Positions 39,134 to 50,357 are shown, counted from the first letter of the stretch. The stretch is 64,000 nt of DNA from Candidatus Omnitrophota bacterium (GCA_029560465.1 JAKQKX010000045.1:280260-344259), one strand, 5' to 3'. The notes: generated from the sequence alone by a model not told the origin. Numbers and translations are program-made.

Positions 39134-39290
39134 AAAAAAATGCCCCTAAGTCATCCTTACCAATCTTCATCAAAGATTGACAACAATAACCTAAGGGCGT
39201 TCTTTATCTTTCTTTCCCTTTCAGGCCCACAAGGCCATCTTGCGAGCTTTCCCCTAAAAACGGGGCATCGGGAATTTCATCCTCATTTTT
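39134..39290 (-). promoter_or_regulatory. Attenuator-like 5' leader with terminator and uORF
   Basis: Terminator arms GCCCTTAGGTTAT/ATGACTTAGGGGC + T7; upstream GATGCCCC/TTAGGGG hairpin; uORF 39254-39286 MRMKFPMPRF. Confidence 0.65.
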
Positions 39291-39456
39291 AAAACTTACA
39301 ATAATGCAAAATACACCAAAACAGACGCTTTAGCAATAACTATTTTATCTGCCGCCATCCCCGGGGAGATATGCTTTTCCCCCGGACCGCACCGGCTGCC
39401 CATTTCAAAATCCCGGACATAACATCCTTAAAACACCGTTTGGCCAATTCATCCCG

Positions 39457-39999
39457 TCAATCTGGATCTTCCAAGGGCGGTGGAGGCATCCTCTTTTCTC
39501 CCTTCTCCTTCCACATCTTTCGCATCTGCCCCATCTTCTCATGAAACATCATAAACTGTTCCGTGGTTAATATCTCTCTGATCTTAAGTATCCCGGAAAA
39601 CATCAAGTCCTCTCGTTTTAAAATCAATTCTTTTAACTGCCCGTGAAGCTGTTTCACTTTATCCCAATCAAGCTGCGGTTGTTGCAATTCCGCGCCGATG
39701 GCCCTCCTTTTTTGAGAAATCTGTTCCATCAACGCTTTAACCTCCTCGGCATTCTGCTGGCGGTGCGCTTCGATCTTTTCCCTCTGCTCATCCGTAAGGT
39801 TCAACTCTTTAGCCATCTCTTCAAAATGCTGTTCTCTGCGTTTGGCGAATTCTTCATTGTTTCCAAGAGGTCCTCCCTGAAACCCCTTCTCGCGAAATCG
39901 TCCATCAAGCCCGGCCCTAGGCTGGGCCGACACGCCCGGGGCAAGGCAAAGCCCACCCCACAAAACAACGACTGTCACCACAAAAAATTTTCTGTTCAT
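39457..39999 (-). CDS. Spy/CpxP family periplasmic chaperone
   Basis: Signal peptide; LNLTDEQ and ILTTEQ LTxxQ motifs. Confidence 0.88.
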   Translation of the reverse strand: MNRKFFVVTVVVLWGGLCLAPGVSAQPRAGLDGRFREKGFQGGPLGNNEEFAKRREQHFEEMAKELNLTDEQREKIEAHRQQNAEEVKALMEQISQKRRAIGAELQQPQLDWDKVKQLHGQLKELILKREDLMFSGILKIREILTTEQFMMFHEKMGQMRKMWKEKGEKRMPPPPLEDPD

Positions 40000-40021
40000 A
40001 CGCGCCCCTTTTGTTAATTTT

Positions 40022-40516
40022 TTATAAAAACATGGCTTCTATATCCGTCCCGTAACCGCTGTTCCCATTTTGCGTCGCTGTTTCAGAATACTCCAGAAGA
40101 AAAGCGAGATACTCGACTTTTTCCTTATCTTGCGCCTTCAGGACCTTCTGCCGGGAAACATGTTGCCCAACGGCAAAAGTCAAAATCAGCACACAACAAA
40201 TTCCGACCCACGCGGCCGCGGGCCTGACCCCGAGCAGGTTCTTCCAGGAATTCCCCAAGACCTCGACCCAAGACGGGGAGAATCGACGATCTTCCTCCGC
40301 GATCCGTTCCCGGACATTCTGCCACACCGCCTCCGGTGTCTTGGCCGTGGTTAAACCTTTAAACGGCTCAATGGCAGCCTGACGGGCCAATTGCTCAAAC
40401 TCCCGGCAATCCGCGCATTTTAAAAGATGGGCTTTAAATTCATCCAAAATCCGCCCGGACAGGCGGTCATCCAGATAATCCGTGAGAATAAGATCCCGAA
40501 CCTGATTACAATTCAT
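40022..40516 (-). CDS. Zinc-finger (zf-HC2) transmembrane anti-sigma factor
   Basis: C...DYLD...HLLKCADC motif plus TM helix; overlaps the sigma gene. Confidence 0.88.
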   Translation of the reverse strand: MNCNQVRDLILTDYLDDRLSGRILDEFKAHLLKCADCREFEQLARQAAIEPFKGLTTAKTPEAVWQNVRERIAEEDRRFSPSWVEVLGNSWKNLLGVRPAAAWVGICCVLILTFAVGQHVSRQKVLKAQDKEKVEYLAFLLEYSETATQNGNSGYGTDIEAMFL

Positions 40517-41066
40517 GGGCAGGCACCTCTTTTCTAAGTGATATCAGTTTTTCCCGGGCCCTCTTCAACCGTGAACGGACGGCATTGATATCGAGGCCCA
40601 ATTCCCGGGCTATTTCTTCATAAGTGAACCCATCGATATTCCTTAACTTGACACACGCCCGCTGTTCCGGGGTCAGGGCATCCAGCAGTTTATTAATATA
40701 AAATTCCCGCTGTTCCTGATCCACCCGCCTATAAGCTTCCGGCCGCGCACAAGGGCTCCCCCGCGCGTCATCATATTCTATGACGTTCCCCCGGTATTTT
40801 GATTCCTTTTTTAAATAATTAATGGTCATATTGACGGTGACCCTGTAAATCCAGGTTTTAAACCCTGATTCAAATTTAAAACCGCCGAGCTTATGATAAA
40901 CCGTGACAAAAACATCCTGGGTTATTTCCTGCGCGTCCTCATGATTGCGCGCGGCTCTCAATGCGATATTAAAAACATAATCTGCGTATGTCCTAAAAAC
41001 CGCCTCAAACGCGTCAACGTCTCCTTCGGAAGCCTTCCGAATGACGTCCTGTGATATCTCTGGCAT
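40506..41066 (-). CDS. ECF RNA polymerase sigma factor
   Basis: DAQEITQDVF, FKTWIYRVTVN, TYEEIA...VRSRLKRAR. Confidence 0.95.
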   Translation of the reverse strand: MPEISQDVIRKASEGDVDAFEAVFRTYADYVFNIALRAARNHEDAQEITQDVFVTVYHKLGGFKFESGFKTWIYRVTVNMTINYLKKESKYRGNVIEYDDARGSPCARPEAYRRVDQEQREFYINKLLDALTPEQRACVKLRNIDGFTYEEIARELGLDINAVRSRLKRAREKLISLRKEVPAHEL

Positions 41067-41087
41067 CAGGCAACCTGTCCCTTCACT

Positions 41088-41120
41088 CAGTTAGACAAAA
41101 AAAACAGCGGAAAAGTTACG
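41088..41120 (-). promoter_or_regulatory. ECF sigma promoter (copy upstream of the sigma gene)
   Basis: GTAACTTTT...GTCTAA; 30/33 identical to 45387-45419. Confidence 0.8.
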
Positions 41121-41133
41121 GGGGCTTTGAAAT

Positions 41134-43092
41134 CTACTCATAACGCAAAGCTTCCACCGGCTTCAGGCCAGCCGCCTTTTGAGCCGGCCATAACCCAAAG
41201 ACAATTCCGACAACAATCGAAAAGGACGTGGCCAGAACAATCGGGAACGCGGAAAGCTGCGTCGCCCAGCCCGCCAGGGACGACAACAGCAAGGCGGCCC
41301 CCGCGCCCACGGCAATCCCCATGAGCCCCCCCGTAAACGTCATAACCATGGACTCTATCAGGAACTGCATCATGATATCAACCTTGCGCGCGCCAACGGC
41401 CTTGCGCAAACCGATTTCGCGCGTTCGTTCCGTGACAGACACCAGCATAATGTTCATGATCCCAATCCCGCCCACGACCAGGGAAATCGCCGCGATGCAC
41501 CCTAGCAGCAAGCTCATTGTTTTCGTCGTGCTACTGAGCATGTCCTGGATTTCACTCATGTCCCGGATGTAAAAAGAGTCTTCCCCCTGATACAGCTTAT
41601 GGCGTTTCTTAATCAGCGCTTCTATTTTCTCCTTCGCTTCCTCGATCAACCCGGTGTCCGCCACTTCCACATAAATATTATCGAGATAATCCTTTCCCAG
41701 CACCCGAAACATCGCTGTTGTCGCCGGGATATAGACAACATCATCCTGGTCATTCGGGCCGGCAAATCCCTTGGAAGGCGCGACCCCGACAATCCGGAAA
41801 TTCAGACGGTTAATCTTGACAATCTTCCCCATCGGATTGACGCCCTTAAACAACTTCTCCACCACCGTCATTCCAATGATCGCGACTTTCTCCCGGGACT
41901 GAAATTCCTGCTCTAAAAACCATCGCCCGTTTTCAGGGATCACGGCCCTCATCTGGCCATACTCATATCCGACCCCCTGCACCCGGGTATTGCAATTTTC
42001 ATCCCTGTAAACAACTTGCGCGCTACCACTAACAACGCCGCTGGCCCTTTTGACATGCGATGTCAACGCGAGCATCGCTTTAACATCATCGGGTGAAAAC
42101 CGGGTCACGGCTCCAGACGCGCTGGACGCGCCGTGCCTCCGGCTCGCCCCCCCGTGGATCGAAAGCAGATTGGAACCCATAGATTTAAGTTGTTCCTCCA
42201 TAGACGATTGCGCTCCCGCGCCCAAGGCCAGCATCGCAATCACAGCCGCCACCCCCACCAGGATTCCCAGCATGGAAAGCAAAGAACGAATTTTATTGGA
42301 AAAAATCGCATTGGCGGCCTGTCGAAAGTGCCCGATCCATTCTTCTTTTTTCCAAAAAGAGCGCACGGGACGGCCCACGGAGGTGGCCGCCCCGCCAACC
42401 GAAATCTCCGAAAGGCAAGACGCCTTGCTCTGATCGGAAATAATACGGCCATCCCGCATCGTGATGACCCTCCCTGCGTACTCGGCGATTTCAAGTTCAT
42501 GGGTGACCATAATAATGGTTTTCCCTTGGTCATTCAAAGACTTCAAAATCCGCATAATCTCCCGCTCACTCGTTGAATCCAAGTTCCCGGTTGGCTCGTC
42601 AGCAAAAATGATCATCGGGTTCCGCACCAAAGCGCGGGCGATCGCGACACGCTGCTGCTGGCCGCCGGACAGTTCACTGGGCCAATGCCGGGCCCGGTCT
42701 TGCAGGCCCACCGCCCCCAGGCACCGCAGGGCCTGCCCGGCCATATCCCCCTGGTCCCCGCCATAAATACAGGGCAGGCTGACATTATTCTGCGCACTCA
42801 TTCGACGCAAGAGATGAAACTGCTGAAACACAAAACCGGCGAACTGATTTCTTATATTCGCCAAATCATCGTCCGATAAATTCTTAACCCCTTGCCCATT
42901 CAAAAAATACTCCCCTTCGTCCGGCTGATCCAAAAATCCGAGGATGTGCAACAACGTGGACTTCCCGGATCCGGACGGCCCCATAATAGCGATAAACTCC
43001 CCAGCTTTAATTTCCAAAGAAACACCGCGCAGGGCATGAACCGCGATATCACCGACCCTGTAAGTCTTGGAAACATTCCGTAACGCGATCAT
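41134..43092 (-). CDS. macB: MacB-type ABC exporter (NBD-permease fusion)
   Basis: [25 protein letters not shown]; [21 protein letters not shown]. Confidence 0.93.
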   Translation of the reverse strand: MIALRNVSKTYRVGDIAVHALRGVSLEIKAGEFIAIMGPSGSGKSTLLHILGFLDQPDEGEYFLNGQGVKNLSDDDLANIRNQFAGFVFQQFHLLRRMSAQNNVSLPCIYGGDQGDMAGQALRCLGAVGLQDRARHWPSELSGGQQQRVAIARALVRNPMIIFADEPTGNLDSTSEREIMRILKSLNDQGKTIIMVTHELEIAEYAGRVITMRDGRIISDQSKASCLSEISVGGAATSVGRPVRSFWKKEEWIGHFRQAANAIFSNKIRSLLSMLGILVGVAAVIAMLALGAGAQSSMEEQLKSMGSNLLSIHGGASRRHGASSASGAVTRFSPDDVKAMLALTSHVKRASGVVSGSAQVVYRDENCNTRVQGVGYEYGQMRAVIPENGRWFLEQEFQSREKVAIIGMTVVEKLFKGVNPMGKIVKINRLNFRIVGVAPSKGFAGPNDQDDVVYIPATTAMFRVLGKDYLDNIYVEVADTGLIEEAKEKIEALIKKRHKLYQGEDSFYIRDMSEIQDMLSSTTKTMSLLLGCIAAISLVVGGIGIMNIMLVSVTERTREIGLRKAVGARKVDIMMQFLIESMVMTFTGGLMGIAVGAGAALLLSSLAGWATQLSAFPIVLATSFSIVVGIVFGLWPAQKAAGLKPVEALRYE

Positions 43093-44051
43093 TTCATTTT
43101 TCCTCTTCCCGGGGGGGAAGGCATAAATGGATTCTTCCCGGAGGAGCGGGCTGCGGGAAGGCTAAAAGTCTGGTCCGGCAAAATAATCGTGTCCTGCGGG
43201 GAAAGGCCGGACACGATTTCAACATGATGGTCATCCCTGATCCCGGTCTGGACAGGCGCGAGGACAGGGGTTCCTGACGCAGGGTCCTTAAGAAGGACAA
43301 ACGCGCGGTCCTCTTTGTCCTGCACCGCATCTAAAGGCAACAGTAACACGCCCGTCTTTTCCTGAACAATAATTTCGACATTGGCGCTCATGCCGGAACG
43401 AAAGACTTCCGGCACGAACTCCGGCACAATATCGACCGCGTAAATCGTAACGTTATTAACCAGGGTGGACTCGTAAGATATATGATTGACCTGCGCGTTC
43501 ACTTTAATGTCCGGATACGCGTCTAACCCGATAACCGCCTTTTGTCCCACCTTCACGCGCCCGATATCAGTTTCATCGACATCCGCGCTGACAATCAAAC
43601 GGTCAGAAAGCACTAAGACCGGATCGCTCGTGGTGACCGTTTGTCCCGGTTCCACCGCCCGTACAATCACGTCCCCATTAATAGGCGCGATCAGCGAAGT
43701 CGCCTTATAGACATCCTGCCAATACTTCAACTCTTCCTCCCCTTTGATCATGGCCATATCCAGCAAAGCGGCCCGGTCCGTTGAGCTCATTAAAGCCAAA
43801 ATGTCTCCGCTCCGGACCCCTTGCCCCTCCCGGACACGGATTTCTTCGATACGGCCCGCAATCGGCGGTTTAATTTCCAGCCGGTTCTGGGGCTCAACCG
43901 TGCCCGTCGTGGAAACCACAACCCGGATATCTCCTGTCAAAGGACGTGTTTCCTGCACTTTATCCGCAGAGCCCTTTTCCCTCGTGGCATTCAAGGTCCC
44001 CGCCACCCCGGCCGCTATCGCGATCACCAGTAAAAATATCTTTTTATTCAT
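43089..44051 (-). CDS. MacA-type periplasmic adaptor
   Basis: GRIEEI-V-EG, APINGDV, VDETDIG, SGMSANV. Confidence 0.9.
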   Translation of the reverse strand: MNKKIFLLVIAIAAGVAGTLNATREKGSADKVQETRPLTGDIRVVVSTTGTVEPQNRLEIKPPIAGRIEEIRVREGQGVRSGDILALMSSTDRAALLDMAMIKGEEELKYWQDVYKATSLIAPINGDVIVRAVEPGQTVTTSDPVLVLSDRLIVSADVDETDIGRVKVGQKAVIGLDAYPDIKVNAQVNHISYESTLVNNVTIYAVDIVPEFVPEVFRSGMSANVEIIVQEKTGVLLLPLDAVQDKEDRAFVLLKDPASGTPVLAPVQTGIRDDHHVEIVSGLSPQDTIILPDQTFSLPAARSSGKNPFMPSPPGRGKMK

Positions 44052-45312
44052 TTTCTAACGTGCCTCCTTTGGCCTGCGCCCAAGTAGCCTGCGCGATCAA
44101 AACATTCGCGTGTGCATTCAAACAGGATTTTCTGGAATTCACCAGATTATCCTCAATAATAATCCAATCATCAAACGCAATGAGCCCGGCCGCATACTGG
44201 GCGTTCGCGATTTTGGCCCGCTCCTCATCCGCTTCCAAGAATTTTTCGCGCACAGCAACCGCGCCGACAGCATCCTGCCATCCAATCCAAGATTCTTCCA
44301 AAGTTAAAATAACAGTATCACGACCGCTCCGCTCCTCGGCCTCGGCCTGTTTAACCAAGGATGCCGACCGGCTGACACTCGCCGCGCGGCTGCCTCCCTC
44401 AAATAACGGCAACGAGACGCTCACGCCCCCGGCCCAGTTGTTTTCCTCAGGAGGCCAGTCCGCGGCAGACCGGCCCATGGAAACATTCAGGTAAACTTTT
44501 GGAAAAAAATCTGCCCGCGCGGACTTCAGCTGGTGCCGGGCCGCATCCTTCTGCGCGGCCAATTCCAAAAGAAACGGCGTGGTGTCGGCCATAGTCTGAA
44601 AGTCAGGGGTTCCGCTAGCTGGCATCGTTAAAGAAAAATCACCCCTCACCTGAAGCGGAGCGCTGCGTTCCCACGCCAGCACTTTAGCCAATTTCACTTG
44701 GGAATAGGACAAATTCCGAACCGCCTGCTCGAATTCAAATTCGGCGTTAGCCAGGTCAGCCTCCGCTGTCAATAAAGACCCCCTATGCTCACGCCCAGCA
44801 TCATACCGTAACCGTACCAATTGAAGGTTTTGTTTTCTTCTCATTACAATCGCTTCCATGAGCGGAACCATGTCCTGGGCCCGAAGCAACTCCGTGAACG
44901 CGCTCATAAGACTCAACCGCAGGTTCGATGAAACCACCATATAATTGTATTGGGCAGCCTGGTATTTGCTTTCAGCCGCATTCAACGCATGGGAAGTCAT
45001 AAATCCGTCAAACAACAGCTGTTTACCGCTCACTGAATATGAATATTTTTCCACCCTGTCCTGACTCGCGGACTTGGACGTCTGCCCGCTCAATTCAGAC
45101 GTTATCTGCGGAAGCGAGGAACTGCGGCTTATCCGCTTATCCGCGTCAAGCTGCCGGACGGATTCAGCCGCGCTGATTAAATCCGGGTTATTCTTTAAAA
45201 CCTCCTGCACACAGTCCTGCCATGTCAAAGCTGTTCCTTCTTGTGCTTGAGCCACAAACGGATAACACAGCAAGCAGGACAAAACACCTCCAAGAATGAT
45301 ATTCTTTTTCAT
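44044..45312 (-). CDS. TolC family outer membrane channel
   Basis: Signal peptide; NNPDL, LFDG, RYDAG, PLFEGG, QYAAG. Confidence 0.9.
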   Translation of the reverse strand: MKKNIILGGVLSCLLCYPFVAQAQEGTALTWQDCVQEVLKNNPDLISAAESVRQLDADKRISRSSSLPQITSELSGQTSKSASQDRVEKYSYSVSGKQLLFDGFMTSHALNAAESKYQAAQYNYMVVSSNLRLSLMSAFTELLRAQDMVPLMEAIVMRRKQNLQLVRLRYDAGREHRGSLLTAEADLANAEFEFEQAVRNLSYSQVKLAKVLAWERSAPLQVRGDFSLTMPASGTPDFQTMADTTPFLLELAAQKDAARHQLKSARADFFPKVYLNVSMGRSAADWPPEENNWAGGVSVSLPLFEGGSRAASVSRSASLVKQAEAEERSGRDTVILTLEESWIGWQDAVGAVAVREKFLEADEERAKIANAQYAAGLIAFDDWIIIEDNLVNSRKSCLNAHANVLIAQATWAQAKGGTLENE

Positions 45313-45386
45313 TGACACTTTCCCGGCCTCATGGAGCTGGCCCGTGGATGAAAAATCCCGGCCCATACCCAATTTGTCTCTTTAAA

Positions 45387-45419
45387 CAGTTAGACAACAA
45401 AAACGGCTGAAAAGTTACG
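45387..45419 (-). promoter_or_regulatory. ECF sigma promoter (copy upstream of the TolC gene)
   Basis: GTAACTTTT...GTCTAA; 30/33 identical to 41088-41120. Confidence 0.8.
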
Positions 45420-45489
45420 CGGATTGGAAATTTAAATACATCGTGGTTTTTTAATGATCTTACTAAACGGCAACGTTGAGTTTCCCCGG

Positions 45490-48400
45490 TTAACCCTGAA
45501 TCCGCTTGTGATAATCCTGAAGAGACAACGGAGCCAGCTTGGAACGCTTCATCGCCTCAATCCCGTCTACGGTCGCCTGGGCCGCCGCAATGGACGTCAC
45601 ATAAGGAACTTTCCTCTGGATCGCCATCATACGAATATAACTATCATCCTGTTTGCTGGCCTTCCCGATAGGGGTATTAATAATTAAATGCAATTCTCTG
45701 TTCTTGATCGCATCGGCAATGTTGGGCCGGCCTTCATCCAGCTTCTTAACCTCTTGATTCGCTATACCGTGCTTGATAAGGAACCGGCTGGTCCCCTGGG
45801 TGGCATAAATTATGAATCCCAGCGCGGAAATTTTTTGAGCAATCGGCAACAGTTGATCCCGGTCTTTCTCGGCCACGGTCAGAAGGACATTTCCTTCCAA
45901 AGGCAACTTGAACCCAGCGGATTCCTGGGCTTTATAAAAAGCCAGGCCAAAGTTGTCGGCCAACCCCATGACTTCGCCTGTTGCTTTCATTTCCGGGCCC
46001 AACACGGGGTCCACTTCAGGGAACATGTTAAACGGAAAAACCGCTTCCTTCACCCCCACATAAGGGATCTTTTTATCTTTCAGCTCGGGGAAATCCTTAA
46101 TTTTCTTCCCCAGCATAATCTGCGTCGCGATCCTGGATAAAGAGATGCCGGTTATTTTGGAAACAAGCGGCACGGTTCTCGAGGCCCGCGGGTTGGCTTC
46201 AAGAATATAGACTTTATCCCCGCAGATGGCGTATTGGATGTTCATTAATCCGACAACCTTCAGGGCTTTGGAGATCACGGCCGTATACTCCCGGATTGTC
46301 CGCAAGTGCGCCGGGCTGATCGTCCGGCTGGGGATGGAGCACGCGGAATCGCCGGAATGCACGCCCGCCAGCTCAATATGCTCCATCACCGAAGCGACAA
46401 ACGTGTCCTGCCCGTCGGAAAGGGCGTCCACCTCGGTCTCAACCGCTTTTTCCAGGAAACGGTCAATCAACATGGGGTGCTCCGGGCTCACATCAATCGC
46501 TTCCTGCGCGTAGCGCAACAGCGACTCCTCCTCGTAAATGATTTCCATTCCCCTCCCCCCGAGCACATAGGACGGCCTCACCATCAAAGGATACCCAACC
46601 TGGCGGGCTATCCGGACCGCTTCGGCCAAGGACCGGGCGGTCCCGCCTTCAGGCTGCGGGATGCCCAACGCCATCATCTTTTCACGGAAACGTTCGCGGT
46701 CTTCTGAAAAATGGATATGCTCCGGAGAGGTCCCCAAAATCGTGACCCCGTTGTCTTTTAGTTCCTGCGCCAAATTCAGCGGCGTTTGGCCGCCGAACTG
46801 GACAATAACGCCATCCGGCTTTTCTTTAGCATAAATATTCAAAACATCTTCGACGGTGAGGGGCTCAAAATACAATTTATCGGAGATGTCATAATCCGTT
46901 GACACCGTCTCGGGGTTGCAGTTAACCATGATCGATTCATACCCCTCATCCCGCAAGGCGAACGCGGCGTGAACGCAGGTATAATCAAACTCGATACCCT
47001 GGCCAATCCGGTTCGGGCCTCCGCCCAGGATCATGACCTTCCTCTTAGCATGAGAAACCGGGACCTCATCCGCGACCTCCCGATACGTTGAATAATAATA
47101 CACCGCGTTCTCAACCCCGCTCACCGGGACAGCTTGATAAACGGCTCTTTTCCCGATAGCCAGCCGCTTCTCTCTCACGGTTTTTTCCTGGACGCCGAAA
47201 AGGCCCGCCAGATAACGGTCGGCGAACCCCCACTCTTTAGCCTTTTTAAGCTTCTCATCAGGCAGATCCTTCCAGTCATAACGCAGCAAATCTTCTTCAC
47301 ACGCGACCAGTTCCTTCATCTGCCCGATAAACCACTTCCCGATGCACGTCAAGCCGTACAATTCGTCCACGCCCAAACCCTGCCGCAGGGCTTCGTACAT
47401 CAGAAAAACCCTTTCACTGGAAGGCACCGCAAGTCTCTGCTTTAACTCCGGCAAAGAAAGCGTTTTAAAATTCTTTACTCCGCCGAGGCCGTAACGCTTG
47501 ATTTCAAGAGAACGGATCGCCTTCTGAAAAGATTCCTTAAAATCCTTCGCGATGCTCATCACTTCCCCTACCGCCTTCATTTGGGTTCCGAGGATGTCTT
47601 TTGCCTGAGGGAACTTTTCGAAAGTCCAGCGGGCGAACTTGATCACCACATAATCCCCGCCCGGCTGATATTTATCCAAAGTCCCTTCTTTCCAGTAAGG
47701 AATCTCGTCCAGCGTTATCCCCACTGCCAGTTTCGTGGAAATCCTGGCAATCGGAAACCCTGTCGCCTTAGACGCGAGCGCGGAAGACCGCGATGTGCGC
47801 GGGTTAATCTCGATGACAACCAACCGGTCATCTTGGACATTATGGGCGAATTGAATATTGGTCCCGCCAATTACGCCGATGGCGTCCACGATTTTATAAG
47901 ACAAATCCTGCATCCGTGTCTGTAACGCCGCGGGAACCGTTAACATCGGCGCTGCGCAAAAACTGTCTCCTGTGTGCACCCCCATCGCGTCAATATTTTC
48001 AATAAAACACACCGTGATTTTCCGGTTGTTTTCATCCCGGACGACCTCAAGCTCAAGTTCTTCCCACCCATAAACAGACTCTTCAATAAGGACCTGGTGG
48101 ACAAGACTCGCGGCCAGACCCCGGGCTACGATGACCCTCAATTCTTCGACATTATAGACCAGCCCGCCACCCGTCCCCCCCAACGTATACGCAGGACGCA
48201 CCACGACCGGGTAGCCTAGCTTTTCGGCGACCGTCTCCGCCTCTTCCACCGAAAGAGCCGGCTCTGATAACGGCATCGGAATCCCGAGTTTATTCATCGT
48301 TTCTTTAAAAGCGATGCGGTCTTCCCCCCGTTCAATGGCTTCCGCTTTGACCCCGATCATTTCTACGCCATATTTTTCCAATATCCCCGCCCTGTACAGC

Positions 48401-48705
48401 GAAGAAGACAAATTAAGTCCGGTCTGTCCACCGAGATTAGGCAAAATCCCATCCGGCCTCTCTTTTTCAATGATCGCGGCAATGCTCTCCAGAGTCAGGG
48501 GTTCAATGTATGTTTTGTCGGCCATCCCCGGATCCGTCATGATCGTCGCGGGGTTGGAATTGACCAGCACGACTTCAAAGCCCTCCCCTTTCAAGGCTTT
48601 GCAGGCCTGGGTCCCGGAATAATCAAACTCGCACGCCTGACCGATGATGATCGGCCCGGATCCGATGATAAGAATCTTTTTAATGTCCTGTCGTTTAGGC
48701 ATCAT
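45490..48705 (-). CDS. carB: Carbamoyl-phosphate synthase large subunit
   Basis: GSGPIIIGQACEFDYSG, two ATP-grasp halves, C-terminal MGS domain. Confidence 0.98.
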   Translation of the reverse strand: MMPKRQDIKKILIIGSGPIIIGQACEFDYSGTQACKALKGEGFEVVLVNSNPATIMTDPGMADKTYIEPLTLESIAAIIEKERPDGILPNLGGQTGLNLSSSLYRAGILEKYGVEMIGVKAEAIERGEDRIAFKETMNKLGIPMPLSEPALSVEEAETVAEKLGYPVVVRPAYTLGGTGGGLVYNVEELRVIVARGLAASLVHQVLIEESVYGWEELELEVVRDENNRKITVCFIENIDAMGVHTGDSFCAAPMLTVPAALQTRMQDLSYKIVDAIGVIGGTNIQFAHNVQDDRLVVIEINPRTSRSSALASKATGFPIARISTKLAVGITLDEIPYWKEGTLDKYQPGGDYVVIKFARWTFEKFPQAKDILGTQMKAVGEVMSIAKDFKESFQKAIRSLEIKRYGLGGVKNFKTLSLPELKQRLAVPSSERVFLMYEALRQGLGVDELYGLTCIGKWFIGQMKELVACEEDLLRYDWKDLPDEKLKKAKEWGFADRYLAGLFGVQEKTVREKRLAIGKRAVYQAVPVSGVENAVYYYSTYREVADEVPVSHAKRKVMILGGGPNRIGQGIEFDYTCVHAAFALRDEGYESIMVNCNPETVSTDYDISDKLYFEPLTVEDVLNIYAKEKPDGVIVQFGGQTPLNLAQELKDNGVTILGTSPEHIHFSEDRERFREKMMALGIPQPEGGTARSLAEAVRIARQVGYPLMVRPSYVLGGRGMEIIYEEESLLRYAQEAIDVSPEHPMLIDRFLEKAVETEVDALSDGQDTFVASVMEHIELAGVHSGDSACSIPSRTISPAHLRTIREYTAVISKALKVVGLMNIQYAICGDKVYILEANPRASRTVPLVSKITGISLSRIATQIMLGKKIKDFPELKDKKIPYVGVKEAVFPFNMFPEVDPVLGPEMKATGEVMGLADNFGLAFYKAQESAGFKLPLEGNVLLTVAEKDRDQLLPIAQKISALGFIIYATQGTSRFLIKHGIANQEVKKLDEGRPNIADAIKNRELHLIINTPIGKASKQDDSYIRMMAIQRKVPYVTSIAAAQATVDGIEAMKRSKLAPLSLQDYHKRIQG

Positions 48706-48797
48706 TTCCCCTCTTTCTCGGAAATCTGGTCTTTTACGCCGCGGCCCCGGTGCCCCTCCGCGAAATTTCTAAAGTATCCTGAAAACCCGCCCCGCGT

Positions 48798-49337
48798 TTA
48801 CCGTAAATCAGCCGTGTTCCCCCATTGGTTCCAGAACACGTGAGAACGGTCAAATTTATCCCGGGGTTTCTCCTCCCCGGATGGGACTCCGATAGCGATG
48901 ACGCATAAAGGCGCGGCATGTTCCGGAAGCCCCAGGATATTTTTAACATGCGCGACCCGGTCCGGCCTAGGGTGCGCCGCAGTCCAGCACGCCCCCAACC
49001 CCATCGCCTGGGCCGCCAGCAGAATGTTTTCCGCGGCCGCGGAACAGTCCTGCAACCAGTAATCCGTTTCCGCCCCCCCATGGGCCACGGATAAATCGCT
49101 CACAACGACAATGGCGTGCTTGGCCGTTAAAAGCATTTTCGCGTAAGGAAGCCCGGCGGTAAGCTTTTCGATCGTCTGCCCGTTATCGACGACCACAAAA
49201 TTAAAATGCCGCGTGTCCCGGGAACTGGGTGCGGCCATGCCGGCCTGAACCAGTTTCCAAAGCTGCTCCCGGCTAACAGTTTCCCCGGTATATTTCCGTA
49301 TACTTCTGCGCTCCAAGATGATTTTTAACATATCCAT
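48798..49337 (-). CDS. Nitroreductase family protein
   Basis: RRSIRKY, APS, ENILLAA--MGLGACW. Confidence 0.92.
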   Translation of the reverse strand: MDMLKIILERRSIRKYTGETVSREQLWKLVQAGMAAPSSRDTRHFNFVVVDNGQTIEKLTAGLPYAKMLLTAKHAIVVVSDLSVAHGGAETDYWLQDCSAAAENILLAAQAMGLGACWTAAHPRPDRVAHVKNILGLPEHAAPLCVIAIGVPSGEEKPRDKFDRSHVFWNQWGNTADLR

Positions 49338-49487
49338 AATATGGCTCCTCTGCAATTATATGTTATTACCAACCGTTTGACATGGGGGTCCTTTCTCGCG
49401 GGAAAGACCGAGACAGGCAAGATACGAATGACATATCATAACACAATTCGCGGAGGAAATGAAATGAGGATCGGATAAAATTGAATA

Positions 49488-50357
49488 TCAAAGGCCGGCC
49501 TTTTGCCTGTTGAACTCTCTCTCCGTTTCGGAAATAACGATAAACCCCTCCTCTTCCACAATCCGCTGCCCGTCTTCCCCAAGCTCAAAAAGGAGGAAGG
49601 ATTTAATCCGCTTATCGGGCTTGCCGTGCACATACTGAAAAAGCGGCCGGGAAAACGGGTACCGCCCGCTTTGAACCGCCGACGCGTCTAAAGGGCTGAT
49701 ATACTCGGCTTCCGGGCCCGCCGCCACCTTGATAACATGAACATCTTTCGCATTTTTGAGATAACCGACCCCCACATACCCGATGGCGGACGTGTCTCTC
49801 CGGACCGCGTCCACAATGTCCGCGTTTCCGTTGAGCTGCAGCATGTCTTTGGGATAGTCCGCCTTCAATATTTCATCCCGAAAAAACACATGGGTGCCGG
49901 AGTGAGGCGGCCGGCCATACAAACCAATGGGCATATCATCCCCCCCCAATTCTTTCCAATTCTTAATCTCCCCCCGGAAGATCTGCGCGATCTGAGGCGC
50001 CGTCAGCTCCTCCACCGGATTGCTGCCATGAACAATAATACTTACTCCGTCCAAGGCTATGATCACGGCCACGGGATAAACCCCATTCGCTCTGGCGCGG
50101 GCCGCCTCGTCCTTGTTAATCGCCCGCGACGAATTAGCAAGCCCGCACTTTCTATTAAGCAGCGCGGCCACCCCGGTCCCGGAGCCACCCCCGGTCACGG
50201 AAACAAAAATATCCGGATTGTCCTCAAGATACGCTTCGGCCATCTTTTGAACAAGAGGGGCCATCGTATCAGAACCTTTGATAGTCAGCATCTCCTGCCC
50301 ATAACCGGGGGCACTCCACAACAACGTCAAAAAAACGAACAAAGTCCATTTTTTCAT
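49488..50357 (-). CDS. pstS: Phosphate-binding protein, PstS family
   Basis: KGSDT, GGGSGTG, NSSR, SGT, IGYVG, YPFSRPL. Confidence 0.9.
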   Translation of the reverse strand: MKKWTLFVFLTLLWSAPGYGQEMLTIKGSDTMAPLVQKMAEAYLEDNPDIFVSVTGGGSGTGVAALLNRKCGLANSSRAINKDEAARARANGVYPVAVIIALDGVSIIVHGSNPVEELTAPQIAQIFRGEIKNWKELGGDDMPIGLYGRPPHSGTHVFFRDEILKADYPKDMLQLNGNADIVDAVRRDTSAIGYVGVGYLKNAKDVHVIKVAAGPEAEYISPLDASAVQSGRYPFSRPLFQYVHGKPDKRIKSFLLFELGEDGQRIVEEEGFIVISETEREFNRQKAGL

